The notes: generated from the sequence alone by a model not told the origin. A DNA stretch of 63,723 nucleotides, filler included, from Folioceros fuciformis (GCA_049999805.1; 23 parts of 23 records of this genome joined end to end with filler, not necessarily neighbours in it), one strand, 5' to 3'; positions 1 through 12,168 are shown, counted from the whole stretch's first letter. A program made the numbers and translations.

Positions 1-37
1 TAGAAATTACAAAACAACACACATGTTGGCCTTATGA

Positions 38-718
38 ATGGCCAACCGGTTGGAAGGACATCAATGGCATCAAGGCGCGCAAGCTGCAAGGAACATCATT
101 GTTGATCAACTTAATCAACATGTGGCTGAATGGATTGCAAGGAATCAGCATCAGCCAGTGCTTGCGTTGGAAGTAAGGGAATCCTACAATACCTTAATTG
201 AAGTGATATTCCCTGACCAGCACCACTTGATTATAGCCCTTCCACCTCGTAACCCTGATAATCTCCCAGAAGTGCGCGTACAGAGAGCTTTTGATGGAAA
301 TGGTCATCATAGAGGCTTTCTAACAACACACGTTGCACCTGCCACAAGTGTCACTCAATTAGTCAATAGAATTGAGGCACATCAAGAGCACATAGATACA
401 CGTTTCAGCAGTATTTTGAGTCAAGTCTCTGCAACTAGTATAGATGTAAGAGACTTGCAAGAACAGATAGGGCATTTGGACTTTAAACTTCTTACCTTGT
501 TAAAGCCACAATTACTTGCTAACCCAGCACACAGGGGAGTAGCCTGTAAACACACTAAGAAAACAAGTAAGAAGCATATGTTTGGTGTCCCAAACTCTTG
601 CCCTTCCTGCTTAGTGTATGCATTCAATAAGTGGGAGATTAGAAACCAAAGAGTAGCAAACAGAGTTAGAGAACAAGAGTTTGCTATCAGACCTGCTAAT
701 GCTGTAAACATACTCTGA
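38..718 (+). CDS. Extra ORF (ORF0) upstream of copia gag; coiled-coil-like segment and C-x9-H-x7-C-x2-C motif; unknown function
   Basis: Intact 226-aa ORF ending 113 nt before the gag ATG (832); homologs in the same position at 12979-13698 and 10695-11365. Confidence 0.8.
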   Translation: MANRLEGHQWHQGAQAARNIIVDQLNQHVAEWIARNQHQPVLALEVRESYNTLIEVIFPDQHHLIIALPPRNPDNLPEVRVQRAFDGNGHHRGFLTTHVAPATSVTQLVNRIEAHQEHIDTRFSSILSQVSATSIDVRDLQEQIGHLDFKLLTLLKPQLLANPAHRGVACKHTKKTSKKHMFGVPNSCPSCLVYAFNKWEIRNQRVANRVREQEFAIRPANAVNIL

Positions 719-831
719 CTCTGCTGACCTGATAGCATTTAATTGAAGTCTCAAAGGTTGAACCCCTGCAACAGCCATTATAGAATCTTAGTATATTGGG
801 AGTAGCTAACCCAACATACAAAAGAGGAAAA

Positions 832-3800
832 ATGGCAACCACAGCACCAGACCCCTCTACTAGTCTAGGTGGGGAAGGGTTCAAAGAAAAAGATAGGTTT
901 GGAGGGCAGGATTACGACATATGGGTAATCCGAATGAAAGGGGCCCTACAAAACAAGAAGTTGTGGAAGGTGGTCAATGGGGATGAACCAGCCCCAGCGG
1001 CACCTGCAAATCCAGCACAACCTACTAATGCTGAGAGAAGAGCACAAGAAGCATGGGACTCAAAGGATGAAGCCGCCATGTTTCTAATCAGAAGTGGTCT
1101 TACCTCTGAAATGCTAAGACAGACTTCAGGATGCATAACCTCAGCAGAAATCTGGACGAGACTTCAAGACCTATATTCAGGCAGCAATCAAACAAGTCAG
1201 ATGACAGCAATGAGAAATTTGCAACTAAACAAGTCAGATGACAGCAATGAGAAATTTGCAACTATGTAAAATGAGAGAAGGAGACTCAATTGAAAAACAC
1301 CTTGGATACTTCAGAACACTTGTGTCCAAGCTAGAGAGTGCTTCAAATGATATTATAAAGGATGACATGCTTATATTATATTTCCTGATATCCTTACCAG
1401 ATTCCTGGTCACACTTTGTGACATCTTTTAATGCTTCCAAGCTCCAAACTAAAAAACTAGCAAAGGCTTCAGGTGTTACCCTACCAGAGACAAGCTTTGC
1501 TGAGTTAGTGGGAGCCTTATTACAAGAAGAAGCAAGCAGATCACATGGTAGACGATCTGGTAAGCAGCAAGCCCTCTTCACATCAAATAGAGGACGTGGA
1601 GGAGGAAGACCCTTTAACAAGGGTGGTGGTAGTACCTCAAGAGGTGGTGGTTCTCAAGCACGAGGAACCAACCAGAAGAAGCCAAAAAGAACAGGAAACT
1701 GCAATTGGTGTAAATTACCTGGTCACTGGGAGCGTGAGTGTAGGAAAAAGCAAGCTGGTGTTCCTCGCAAGGAGGGTTCGACCAGCGCTGAAACTCATGT
1801 GGTTGTGAAGAAACAGCCAACACCCTCAGCTCTTACAGTCGGTACTACAGTTTTTGCAACAAGTTCTTTCTTGTATCCAGCCAGCCTGTCAGCAAATACC
1901 AAGAGTAAGCCTGTGTTAGATTGGTATCTAGACACAGGGGCAACAGCCCACATTTGCTTTGACAGAGGTTCATTTCAGACATACAAAATTTACAATGATC
2001 AGTATGTATACCTAGGTGATGATAGATCCCTAGTGTCTCCAGGTCGCGGCTCAATAGACCTGCCAGTTCCATCAGGACATGTGTTAACACTGCATGATGT
2101 TTACTTTGTTCCTGACATGACACGTAACCTAATTTCAGTTAGGAAGTTGAATTCAGACAACCACTGTCACATTCTGTTCACACAAACAGAATGTCAAGTA
2201 CTAGATGCTTTTAATCATAGCAGAATACTTGCCTATGGGTCCTCAGATAGAGACTTGTTTCGTCTCCACACAGACAGAAGTGTACCAGCATCATATTTGA
2301 CACAAGATGCAACTGCTGTATCTGCAAAACAGATAGAAAAATCTATGTTATGGCATAGGAGATTAGGTCATCCACATTCAGCAAAACTTCAGAAGCTTGC
2401 TGTAAGCAATCTTTACCAGGATGGTCCTATAGGGCAGTTGGCATCACTCCCATTGTGTGAGTCTTGTGTTCTTTCAAAGAGACATTAGGCAGCCTTTAAG
2501 AACAAGGCCCCACATAGAGCCTCTGAAGTTCTTGAGCTTGTACACACAAATTTGTGTGGTCCTCTTTCCCAGCCGTCAATAGGAGGGGGAAAATACTTCC
2601 TGACCTTCACTGATGATAAAACCAGGTTTGTTACAACCTACATTGTTAAACAGAAGAGTGAGTGTTTCAGTCACTTCAGACATTATATCAAATATGCTGA
2701 AAGATGGACCGGAAGGCAACTCAAAATCTTGAGATCAGATAATGGGGGAGAGTTCATTTCTGATGAATTCCAATCTTACTGTGCATCTCAGGGAATAGGA
2801 CGCCAGCTGACAGTGGTGTATACACCTCAGCAAAATGGTGTTGCTGAACGTGAAAACCTAAGCGTGCAAGAGATGACATCGTCATTATTACATCAAGCCC
2901 AGTTACCATTGCCATACTGGGCAGAAGCTTTAATGACTGCAACTTACCTGAAGAATAGGTTGCCTACTTCTTCTGTTGAAGGCTAGACTCCTTTTAAAGC
3001 TTTCACAGGGCGCAAGCCTTCTATTCTCCATCTGCGCACATTTGGCTGTGTTGCATATGCCTTTATACCTAAGAAAAAGAGGAAGAAGCTGCAAGACAAG
3101 GCCAAAAAGCTATTAATGCTAGGCTATACAGAGGGCATTAAAGCCTACAAACTGTATGATGTTCCCAAAAACAAAGTTGTTTACGCCAGAAGTGTTACCT
3201 TTGATGAAGGCCGCACTTGGGTTTCAGTGGGAGCTTCCCAAGATGTTGGTGTTGCTTCCCTTGATGATGATGTTTCATTCGATCAGTTTGAACATGGAAC
3301 ACAGGTTGTCCCCTTGGAGGACATTGCTCCTGCAGGAGGGGAAGATCCAGCCGCTGATTTTGAAGTTGTTGATGTTGATGACCTTGCGGTGGCAGAACCT
3401 GCACCTGTCAATGAACCAAAACATCAGCAGCAGCAGGGCATACAGGACCAATATCCTCCTGCACAACCTGCTCCTGATCTAATTGACCTTGCAAACTTAC
3501 CTGCTGATTTAGATAACCATGATGCAGCCCCTGACCCAGCTGCAGATCAGCCTGATGAGCCCGTTGCAGAGCCTCGGCGTTATCCTACTCGCCATAGGCA
3601 GCCTCCTGATTTTTACCAAGCTCCGGACTTCAGGACTGCTTCTTCTCATGTCGCTGTCCATGCTGACACTCCATCTCTTGATCCCATCGAGCCTCAATCA
3701 TATGAGGAGGCCTTAAGCAGACCTGATCATAAGGAGAGGGAGAAGGCAATCCAGTCAGAATATGATTCACTGATTGAAAACGGTACATGGGAATTAACAG

Positions 3801-5282
3801 ATCTACCTCCTGGCCGGAAGCTGGTTACCTGCAAGTGGGTCTTCAAGCTGAAGGTGAAGGCTGATGGTACCTTTGATAGGTACAAGGCCCGTCTAGTTGC
3901 AAGGGGCTTCTCACAGATTCCTGGAGTTGATTTCCTTGAAACCTTTTCTCCAGTTGTGAAGCTGTCCACCCTCAGGATCACCCTTGCAATATCCACATAC
4001 TACAATTATGAACTGCAGATGTATGACGTTAAGACAGCCTTCTTGTATGGAAAGCTGGATATTGAAATCTACATGCAGCAACCACCTGGTTATGTGGTGA
4101 AAGGAAAAGAACATCAAGCTTGCAAACTCATTAAGTGCATTTATGGCTTGAAACAGTCAGCCATGAAATGGAATGCAGCCCTAGAAACAGAGTTGCTAGA
4201 ACTAGGGTTTATTAAAAGCCAAGCTGACAGCTGCCTCTACATTTACCTCAAAGGGACTGTCACTTGCTATCTGGCTGTCTATGTTGATGACTTGATTCTG
4301 TCAAGTAACAGCCAAGAGTTCATAGTTAGTATCACTGATGTACTAGCTACGAAATTCAAGATGAATTGCCTAGGACCCCTACAAAGCTGCTTAGGGATCC
4401 ATGCGCAGAGGAACAGGAAGACACGGGTGATGACACTTACACAACCTCATTACCTCTTAGAGTGTGCAGAGCAATTAGGGCTCAAGGAAGCCAAACCTGT
4501 ATCCACACCCATGCCTTTCGGTCAGAAGCTCAGCAAGCTCATGTCTCCTACAACTGAAGAGGAAAAGGAGCAAATGAGGGGAGTCCCTTACAGGCAGGGT
4601 GTAGGGAAACTTATCTATGCTAGCAATACAACGAGATTGGAAGTGGCATACACTACTAGTGTGCTCTCGCAGTTCCTTGAAAACCCCGGAAAAGAACACT
4701 GGACGAACCTGAAGCGTGCCTTCCGTTATTTGAAGGGCACTGCCAAGATTGGATTAGCATACAAGTATCAAAATGGCAAGCAACTGGATTTGGAGGTCTT
4801 TACCGATTCAGACTATGCTGGAGATGTGGACAGTAGAAAATCAGTCTCTGGCTACATAATTTCAGTTGCTGGTGGTCCCGTGTGTTGGTCCAGCAAAAAA
4901 GCAGCCAACGGTGGCTCTGTCTTCTACTGAAGCGGAGTATCGTGTCTTGACAGCAGCTGCGAAAGAGATAGTGTGGTGTAAGTTATTGTTCAAAGAGCTA
5001 GGTATCCAGATACCTAGTTGCACAACAATTCACACTGACAATCAGGGTTCGATGGCCTTAGCCAAAAATCCAGTGTTCCATGCACGAACAAAGCATGTTG
5101 AAGTGGAGTACCACTACATTAGGGGACTGGTGACAGAAGGGAAGATTAATTTAAAATATGTTCCGACTCAAGACAACCCGGCGGACATACTTACAAAGTC
5201 TTTGAGCAGAGATGCTCACCACAGACACATGCAACGTCTGGGCATGGGAGAGGCAGAAGCCCTCCTGGACAGTTCTGACTAA
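832..5282 (+). mobile_element. Ty1/copia gag-pol (GAG-PR-INT-RT-RNaseH), near complete, disrupted
   Basis: FKEKDRFGGQDYDIW gag N-terminus; CNWCKLPGHWEREC knuckle; WYLDTGAT protease; LWHRRLGH; LRSDNGGEF/YTPQQNGVAER integrase; YKARLVARGF and [24 protein letters not shown] RNase H. Lesions: 37-bp duplication, stops at 2486 and 2984, extra A at 4895-4900. Confidence 0.97.
1190..1263 (+). repeat. 37-bp perfect tandem duplication frameshifting gag
   Basis: AAACAAGTCAGATGACAGCAATGAGAAATTTGCAACT x2 (ATGs at 1201 and 1238). Confidence 0.95.
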
Positions 5283-5523
5283 TACTCAAACTAACTAGAA
5301 GCCCGAAGAGATGGAACCATCAGAGTCAGAAACCTCTTCTATCTCTATTGCGACCCCCGACTGGATGATATCGTTGGTGGACTCATCTTTGATGGTGTAG
5401 CCGGGACGTCGTTCGGGCAGTGGAACTTGGAGTGTTCTCATTTTCAGTCCTCGTGGCTTCTCTTAATTTTTTTTTTTATCAGCCTCCACTCCTCACTGAG
5501 CCTCTGGGCAGACCCTGTATTTA

Positions 5524-5623
5524 NNNNNNNNNNNNNNNNNNNNNNNNNNNNNNNNNNNNNNNNNNNNTTAATTAATTAANNNNNNNNNNNNNNNNNNNNN
5601 NNNNNNNNNNNNNNNNNNNNNNN
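5524..5623. other. Artificial contig spacer (first of 22)
   Basis: 44 N + TTAATTAATTAA + 44 N; also starts at 10078, 11366, 12682, 14368, 17469, 19739, 24431, 25999, 27762, 29557, 30808, 32610, 35267, 36589, 39887, 42743, 52912, 54777, 56361, 58854, 60275. Confidence 0.99.
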
Positions 5624-5795
5624 ATAACCCTACACTGGTCAACTAACCGGCTAGGTTAGGGTTCTGTGGATAGTACTTCGAAACTATATTTAAAGACCCT
5701 TTTTTGTTCTTTATTAAAACTTAATCATTTGGATAGTTTGTATGCTAATGCCTCTCGCCCTCCGGCTCTCGCTCCCCGCTGTCTACAAACTTAAT

Positions 5796-5837
5796 AGGAA
5801 TCCGTCGGCAATCAGTGCCCGGGGTTTTGCCTCCACA
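5796..5837 (+). mobile_element. Element terminus type A (...GGGGTTTTGCCTCCACA), short remnant
   Basis: Matches the ends at 33159, 40070, 53487 and the reverse-oriented end at 12534. Confidence 0.8.
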
Positions 5838-6897
5838 GTGCTGAATCTACTGAGGAGAGAGAGCTAGAAGACTGAAGAGAACCGTGGAAGATTGCTGGAA
5901 GAGATTTGCTGAGAAAATGCTGAGAAATCGTTGAGAGACTACTGAGAAAGTTTGTTGAAGTTGGACGAGATTGCTGGGGAATTTCCGAGGAATCCCTAGA
6001 CGTTTGTGAAGGACTGTGAGAGGTTGCTAAGGTGGCTGTAAGGTTTCTGGAGAGCTGGCAATATTTCTGGAGAACTGAAGAGAAAACGGCTGTGAAGTTG
6101 CTTGAGGAAGAGTGCCAAAGATTTGATTCAAAATCTGGAGAATTTCTGCGAGATTTTGAAGCATTTGTGAGCGGCTGTTGGAGATTGTTGAAGCTTGTGA
6201 GGAGTTGTGGGAGATTGCTGAAGAATCAATGGAGATGTGGGAACATTGCTGGAGATTGAGACCCTTGGGGACATGCTTGTGAAAATAATCGTGAACCAGA
6301 GCTCTTGTGTGTGATTTGCATGTGTGTGGAGTGTTGCATGTGTGTGTGGAGAGGTGTGGTTGATCCGCAAGGCTTTGTTCCCCAAGGATCAGCCCTTGCA
6401 TGTGTGAGGAGCATCGAATAACCCAGCCCTATGAGTCTGGAATGTCCTGGGCAGAAACCCGTGGGTGGAAACCGGTGGCGGCGCCTGTGCCAAAAATAAT
6501 TAATTAGGGTTTGGGATGGGACCCCCCATGGTAGTGGAAAGACAACGGAGCTAGGCGAAGCGGCTACCGGTAGTTGAAAGACGACAGAGGTAGTGGAATC
6601 CACTACCAGTAGTTGAGACCCTACCTCGGTAGTTGAAGGGTCGGTAGTTGTAGAGACCCCCACCCCAGTAGCCGAGTAGGTCTGTCAGGTAGTCCAGGGA
6701 CGGAGGTAGGGGTAGTTGAACCTGTAGGTAGTGGAGCTGGGGTAGTTGAAGTCCAACCTAGGCAGTAACTGACTTTTAGAAGAAACCTATGTTATTTGAC
6801 ACAAATCATTCCCTTGGGAGCGAATCCCAGTGCTATAACAACAAAGAGGGTTTGTGTGGACCTCACAGCACCCCAGGGTGCAATATTTTCCCCCACA
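5838..6897 (+). mobile_element. Terminal region of TG..CA element, terminus type B (...TGCAATATTTTCCCCCACA)
   Basis: 6787-6897 is the reverse complement homolog of 61328-61445; GGTAG-rich sub-repeats. Confidence 0.7.
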
Positions 6898-7856
6898 CCA
6901 TAGTATCTCAAAAATTGGAGATATCACGTGGTGAACAAAGGAATTAGCGTTCATGTATCTGTTGTGCAAATCTGTGTCCAAGCTCAAGACGAGGATTAGC
7001 AACACGACCATCAAGAGTGTTGTCACCCTGTGAAGATGAAGATTCAATCCTGAAAGTAACTCGTTCAGCAATTGATGGTTCCATTGGAGACACTCGGATT
7101 CTGCTGTTCAGAACAAGATCAGATCTCACCTTTCAAATTGATTCAACAATTCGAATGATTGCCGCTCTCATGGAGGATCTACGCCTGCAATTTGAGACTT
7201 CTCAAGTGCAAATTATGACTATTCAGAGAATTGCGCATTTTCTCAGAGTTTCAGACCCAGGACTCTTGCTAATGGATTCTCAAGCTGCCCTATACTTACC
7301 AACGCTGTCACCTCTGATTCGCTAGCGCGATGCTTTAGAGGCGGCCTGATTAGATTGGTGAGAGCCGTGCTGCAGCTGGGGGTGGATAGAGCTCACCACT
7401 CCATGCGCTGTTTGCAGCCAGCCACCAATAGGCGCCTTGCGCATGACTGACGGTTGGTTTTCATGTACACGTAGGCACATTGCTCCTAGATTGTGTACAC
7501 TTGTCATGAGCATACAACTTGTCATATCCTTAAACTTGTAAGTTAGGGCACGTTTGGTGTTTCTAGGGCTCACTTGCTTACCGTTTCGAATCTCCATGTC
7601 GTTTCGGAGTGGCGTTTTGATTATGATTTGTTTTTTATTAGTTAATAGCCTGCAAACATTTGATGCGTCTACGTATTCTCTGCATGAATGCATAGACATT
7701 TTCTGTATGTCAGGTCTCTCACTTCCCTTTGAAGAGACTGATAGTGATCCTGACACAGACCCAGAAACAGAGGCCTCATTTTTGCAGTCTCTAACTTCTC
7801 AATTTTCCTTTATCGTTGCTCCTCCTGCACCTGTTCTCCTTGTTGTTATTGCACAA

Positions 7857-9432
7857 ATGACAACAAACAAACTGCATCTTTTGGAGGCGAATTCAAGGAA
7901 AAAGACCGGTTTGATTGTACACATACCAAGTATGAAAGCTGGCGAGGTAGGATGAAGGCATTCCTAGATGCTCGTGATGTGTGGGAGTATGCCAATGGCT
8001 CGATTCCTGTTCCTGCACCGACTAATCCCCAAGATATTAAAGACAAGTTTGTCAAAAGGAACAAGGTGGCCTTTGCTATCATACTTTCAGGCCTTGGAAA
8101 AACTACAGTTATAGAAGTTGAAAGCTTGCCTACAGCTGCTGCTGTGTGGGAGCAACTTAAAAACACTTACGAGGTTCAAAATACATTGACGCTGGTCTCT
8201 GTTTGTAATCAATTCTATCGCTTGCGTTTGAAGGAAGGGGATAGTTTGGGAGCACATATAACCAAGTTTCGGTACCTAAGGGCATAGCTTGCTATGCTCG
8301 GCAGCATAATGTTGGAAGTGGATGTTGTTGCTCAGTTGCTTGGCAGTTTGCCTCCCACCTATCAATCCTTCATTTCCGGAAAGAATGCTGCTCTTCAGTC
8401 TTCATATATTGCTGTTGCTGCTGGTCAACCAGCGATTATCAACCTCAACAAAGTGATTGGCACAATCCTGCAAGAGGAGCAAAGCCATCACAGGTCTGGA
8501 TCCAGTTCCAGAAATTGAGGTGAAAAAGTGTTGTTGGCAACCAAGGGCAAAATGTTTGGGAAGGGGACAGATAAAGGAGGAAAGAAACCTACCTCCATTT
8601 CATCCTCGACTGCCAAATGAGTTGGCACTTGCCACTAGTGTGGCATCCCTGGACATTGGGAGCGCGGCTATCGTAAGAAGCAAGCTGGTGATCCTAAGTA
8701 GGACGTGAAAGTATCACAAGCTCATGTTGCTGTGAAGGACTCAAAGTTACCTTCACACAAGAGTGCTGCAACAGCCTTGCCTGTGTGCTTCACTGCTACA
8801 CGTGAGCTTTCATCACTGTGGTTTATTGACTCAGGTGCCTATGCACATGTTTGCAACAAATGGCAGTTGTTCACGACTTTCTAGAACACAACCTCACCAC
8901 AGTTAGTTTATGTGGGAGATGCTCGAGGAGTTGCAGTTAAAGGTACTGGACGGGTAGTCATACCTTTAATGAGTGGAGGAACACTTCAGGTGGAAGATGT
9001 CCTCTATGTGCCCTCCATGTTGAAGAACCTAATCTCCATTTCAGCAATTACAGGTAGTCAGTTGTATGGTTTCTGTTTTGAAGCTAACCACTGTTACATT
9101 TACAATTTAGATGATTCAGACCATCATGTAGCGGAAGCTGCAGTAGTTGGTGACTTGTACTAGCTACTCACTACATCCAAGAGGTTAGAACGAGCTTATG
9201 CAATCACTTCGATGAATCAGGCTAAGTTGTGGCATGCTAGATTAGGTCATGCACATAAAACCAAACTTGACCTTATGTCAGCGTTGGATTGTTATAGAGA
9301 GAAGTTGCTGTCATGCTTCAAATCACTTCCTGTTTCCACTTCCTGTGTCCTGTCCAAACAGAAAGAACTACCCTTCAAAAATAAGAATGCCACAAGGGCA
9401 ACATCCTCATTAGAGTTGGTACATGCTGACAT
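7857..9432 (+). mobile_element. Degenerate Ty1/copia gag-protease-start of integrase
   Basis: EFKEKDRFD, FYRLRLKEGDS, WFIDSGA, VLYVPSMLKNLIS, LWHARLGH, LELVHADI; many stops; truncated at about 9432 by unrelated DNA. Confidence 0.9.
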
Positions 9433-10369
9433 AGCTAGAAAATGCAAATTAACACGATCTGCGCCTAACGGTCGTATTCCGCCAAATCGGGCTTCGGGTC
9501 ATTTTCGGCATCATTTTCCGTGGCACATATCCAGAAATCATGCTATTTGGTGTGGATTACCCCCAAATCTACGGAAAAACGGTCACGAAAAACTTTTTAA
9601 TCGTCATGTTTACCCAGATGTGGAATGCGGGTTTTTGGCAAGTACCCGCAGTAGGTAGGGAGCGGCTAATAACATTTTCAGTTTTGTTTGGTCTTGGTTT
9701 GGTAGGTTAGATGAGTGGCGATAATAAGGGGTAGTATTATAAAGAAGTTACCTTCTTTGGGATGGCTACCTATAGGGAGGTGTGGAGTGAAACTTGCACC
9801 CAAGAACCACCAAGGGGCCACACTTCCCCTTATTATCGTTGCAGTCTTACGATTCGCTCCCAAGGGAGTGAACTAATGTCAAGGTTACCTACATCTCCCT
9901 AATCTCACCCTATCTATCAGCATATACCAAGTGCTACAGCAATAGGTCAGAATTCTCGGTCCTGTCTTCGGCTCCTACCACAACACCAACCCAAGCCTCA
10001 ACAAAATGAGAACTCCAGCATTGTCTTCAGCCCTCGTTTCCAACTCCAAGTATCAATCACTTCAGTGCTGAGAGGAGNNNNNNNNNNNNNNNNNNNNNNN
10101 NNNNNNNNNNNNNNNNNNNNNTTAATTAATTAANNNNNNNNNNNNNNNNNNNNNNNNNNNNNNNNNNNNNNNNNNNNGACAAGATATCCAAGAAAGAATA
10201 ATTTACTGATACAATGATACATGTCTTATACTTCTACATACGGTTATAACTGCAGTAATTCAGTTAAGTGTCTAAGTAACTTGATTAACTGCCTAAACTG
10301 TCAGGCTATTATTTTAAACTGGTTACGGGTGAAACGTGCCCTAAAAACTAGGTCCTCATCTGACGGCGC

Positions 10370-10540
10370 CTAAACCCCATCATTCGCACCAACAGAAGTG
10401 ATTCATTTCCTGTTGCTATCTTCCATAGCTCCTTACTTTGTAAGGCTCCTTTCATACGCATGACCCAGATGTCATAGTCAGTCCCCCCAAATCTATCTTT
10501 CTCCTTAAAAATATCACCAACTACAGTAGTGGTGTGCCAT
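10370..10540 (-). mobile_element. Copia gag N-terminus (truncated)
   Basis: Reverse strand reads FKEKDRFGG.DYDIWVMRMKGALQSKELWK, homologous to gag at 832. Confidence 0.85.
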
Positions 10541-10694
10541 TTATTAGAATGTAGTAATTCTATCCTAACTGTTAGGAGAAATGGCTGTATGCAGCTTTGT
10601 AGCCTATCCAGACAAGGTACAAACTGAAGAGAAAGACTGGGAAGAGGTAAGATGCTACTGTTGCATCTTAGATAAACTGCAGGAGCAGCCCTAT

Positions 10695-11365
10695 CTACAA
10701 GGGGTGAGCAAATCTACCAACTTGAGGTAAATTGGCCTGTTGATTTGCTAATCTATTTTCTATCCTTTGATGTCTAATCTCCCATCTGTTAAATGCATAA
10801 ACAGAGCATGAAGGACAGGAATTTGGAGCGTCAAAAGTGTGTTGCTTATAATTCTTGTTAGCACGTTTGCAAGCAACACCTCTGAGTGCAGGATTTGTTA
10901 GCAAAATGGGCTTAAGCAAGGTAAGCAACTTGAAGTCCAAATGTCCTATACGTTCCTTCAAATCTTGCAAGTCAACACTGACTTCAGCTATCTTGTGACG
11001 AATGCTCTGGAAACGCTCGTCAACATGCTGTTGAAGTGTTTCTATTCTTGCATTTAATTGTGACACACTAACATGTGGTGATGTGCGTGTTGTCAGGAAA
11101 CCCCTAGGGTTACCGTTTACAATAGGTGGAAGATTAATTTGATTCCTGGGTGGTGGAGGAAGCAACAAATGGCGCTGTTGTGGGAAGATAGCCTCAAGCA
11201 GATTGTTGAAGGAATCTCTCACAAGCCGGGATTGTTCAGGCTGGTCTTGTGTTTGAAGAATCCAATCCAGGGTTTGATGGTGAAGTGATTCTGCAAAAGT
11301 CAGCCTGCCCTCTTGAATTCGTTGTCCTCTATGGGCATTCCTCTATTGAATGCGCTCAGCAGAGC
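10695..11365 (-). pseudogene. Diverged ORF0 homolog upstream of copia gag
   Basis: IGHLDFKLLTLLKP, RGVACK, PNSCPSC, VYAFN.WEIR shared with 38-718; the 5' part has a stop and a frameshift. Confidence 0.85.
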
Positions 11366-11631
11366 NNNNNNNNNNNNNNNNNNNNNNNNNNNNNNNNNNN
11401 NNNNNNNNNTTAATTAATTAANNNNNNNNNNNNNNNNNNNNNNNNNNNNNNNNNNNNNNNNNNNNCAACATCACTCACCAGCCGTCCATGATCACTCTAT
11501 TACAAAACGGAGTTGACTCGAGACGCATTGCAACACAGTGGAGTCGAGTGGACTGAGAGGAGAGGCCGGTCTGTCCCGAATTTGCATCTCGAAAGGCAGG
11601 ACCTCCTAGCGGTGGTGAAGGAACGATTGAA

Positions 11632-12168
11632 ATGGACAGCACGGTAGTTCTGGGTGTGGAGGTTGCGTTGGTACTAGTGGTGCTGGTTGTGGCGTGGCGA
11701 GGATGGAGGTCCAAAGGGGTTCTAGGAACTCAGAGGAAAGTATGTGCCCAAAGGGTCCAAGGAGCTGCCGGGGAGCATGGGGCGGCCCCCCCTGGGAGAG
11801 ACCATGGAGGTGCTGGGCCACTTCAAGGACGGCGCCGTGGAGCGATTCAGGTTGACGAGGTTCCGAAAGCATGGCAACATGTTCAAGTCGCACATTTTCA
11901 GGAATCCGTACGTGTTTTTCTATGGCGTGGAGGCGGCAAAGCTACTAAGCACTAGCAAGAACAAGCTAGTGCAGGCGTACCAGTTCTTGCCGACCATCAA
12001 GCTGCTGGGTGAGGAGTTGTTGCTCAATCTGCACGGCTCCAAGCACAAGCAGTATAGGAGGATGTTCATTGAGACATTCATGGGAGAGGGCATATGGAAG
12101 TACCTCCTGGTGGTGGAGCAGATTGCTCTTGAGATGCTCAACGGCTAGAAAATGGGGGAAGTTCCCAA
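11632..12168 (+). pseudogene. Cytochrome P450 (CYP85-clan-like) N-terminal coding fragment, frameshifted and truncated
   Basis: N-terminal TM helix (VVLGVEVALVLVVLVVAW); LPGSMGRPPLGET proline hinge; HGNMFKSHIF; LHGSKHKQYRR; frameshift near 11740 and stop at 12146. Confidence 0.85.

Noticed and set aside
4895-4900. Programmed frameshift in RNase H
   Set aside because: One extra A in a homopolymer; other copia copies here read straight through WSSKKQ
5296-5523. Antisense ORF end downstream of pol in the first element (MRTLQVPLPERRPGY...)
   Set aside because: Under 50 codons, broken at a poly-T run and cut by the contig end; insufficient evidence
5524-5623. Recurring TTAATTAATTAA motif and ORFs ending in X...LIN
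   Set aside because: Artificial six-frame-stop linker between contigs; adjacency across it has no biological meaning
9433-9680. Helitron end suggested by CTAG at the junction (also near 57858)
   Set aside because: No A/T insertion context and no convincing subterminal hairpin
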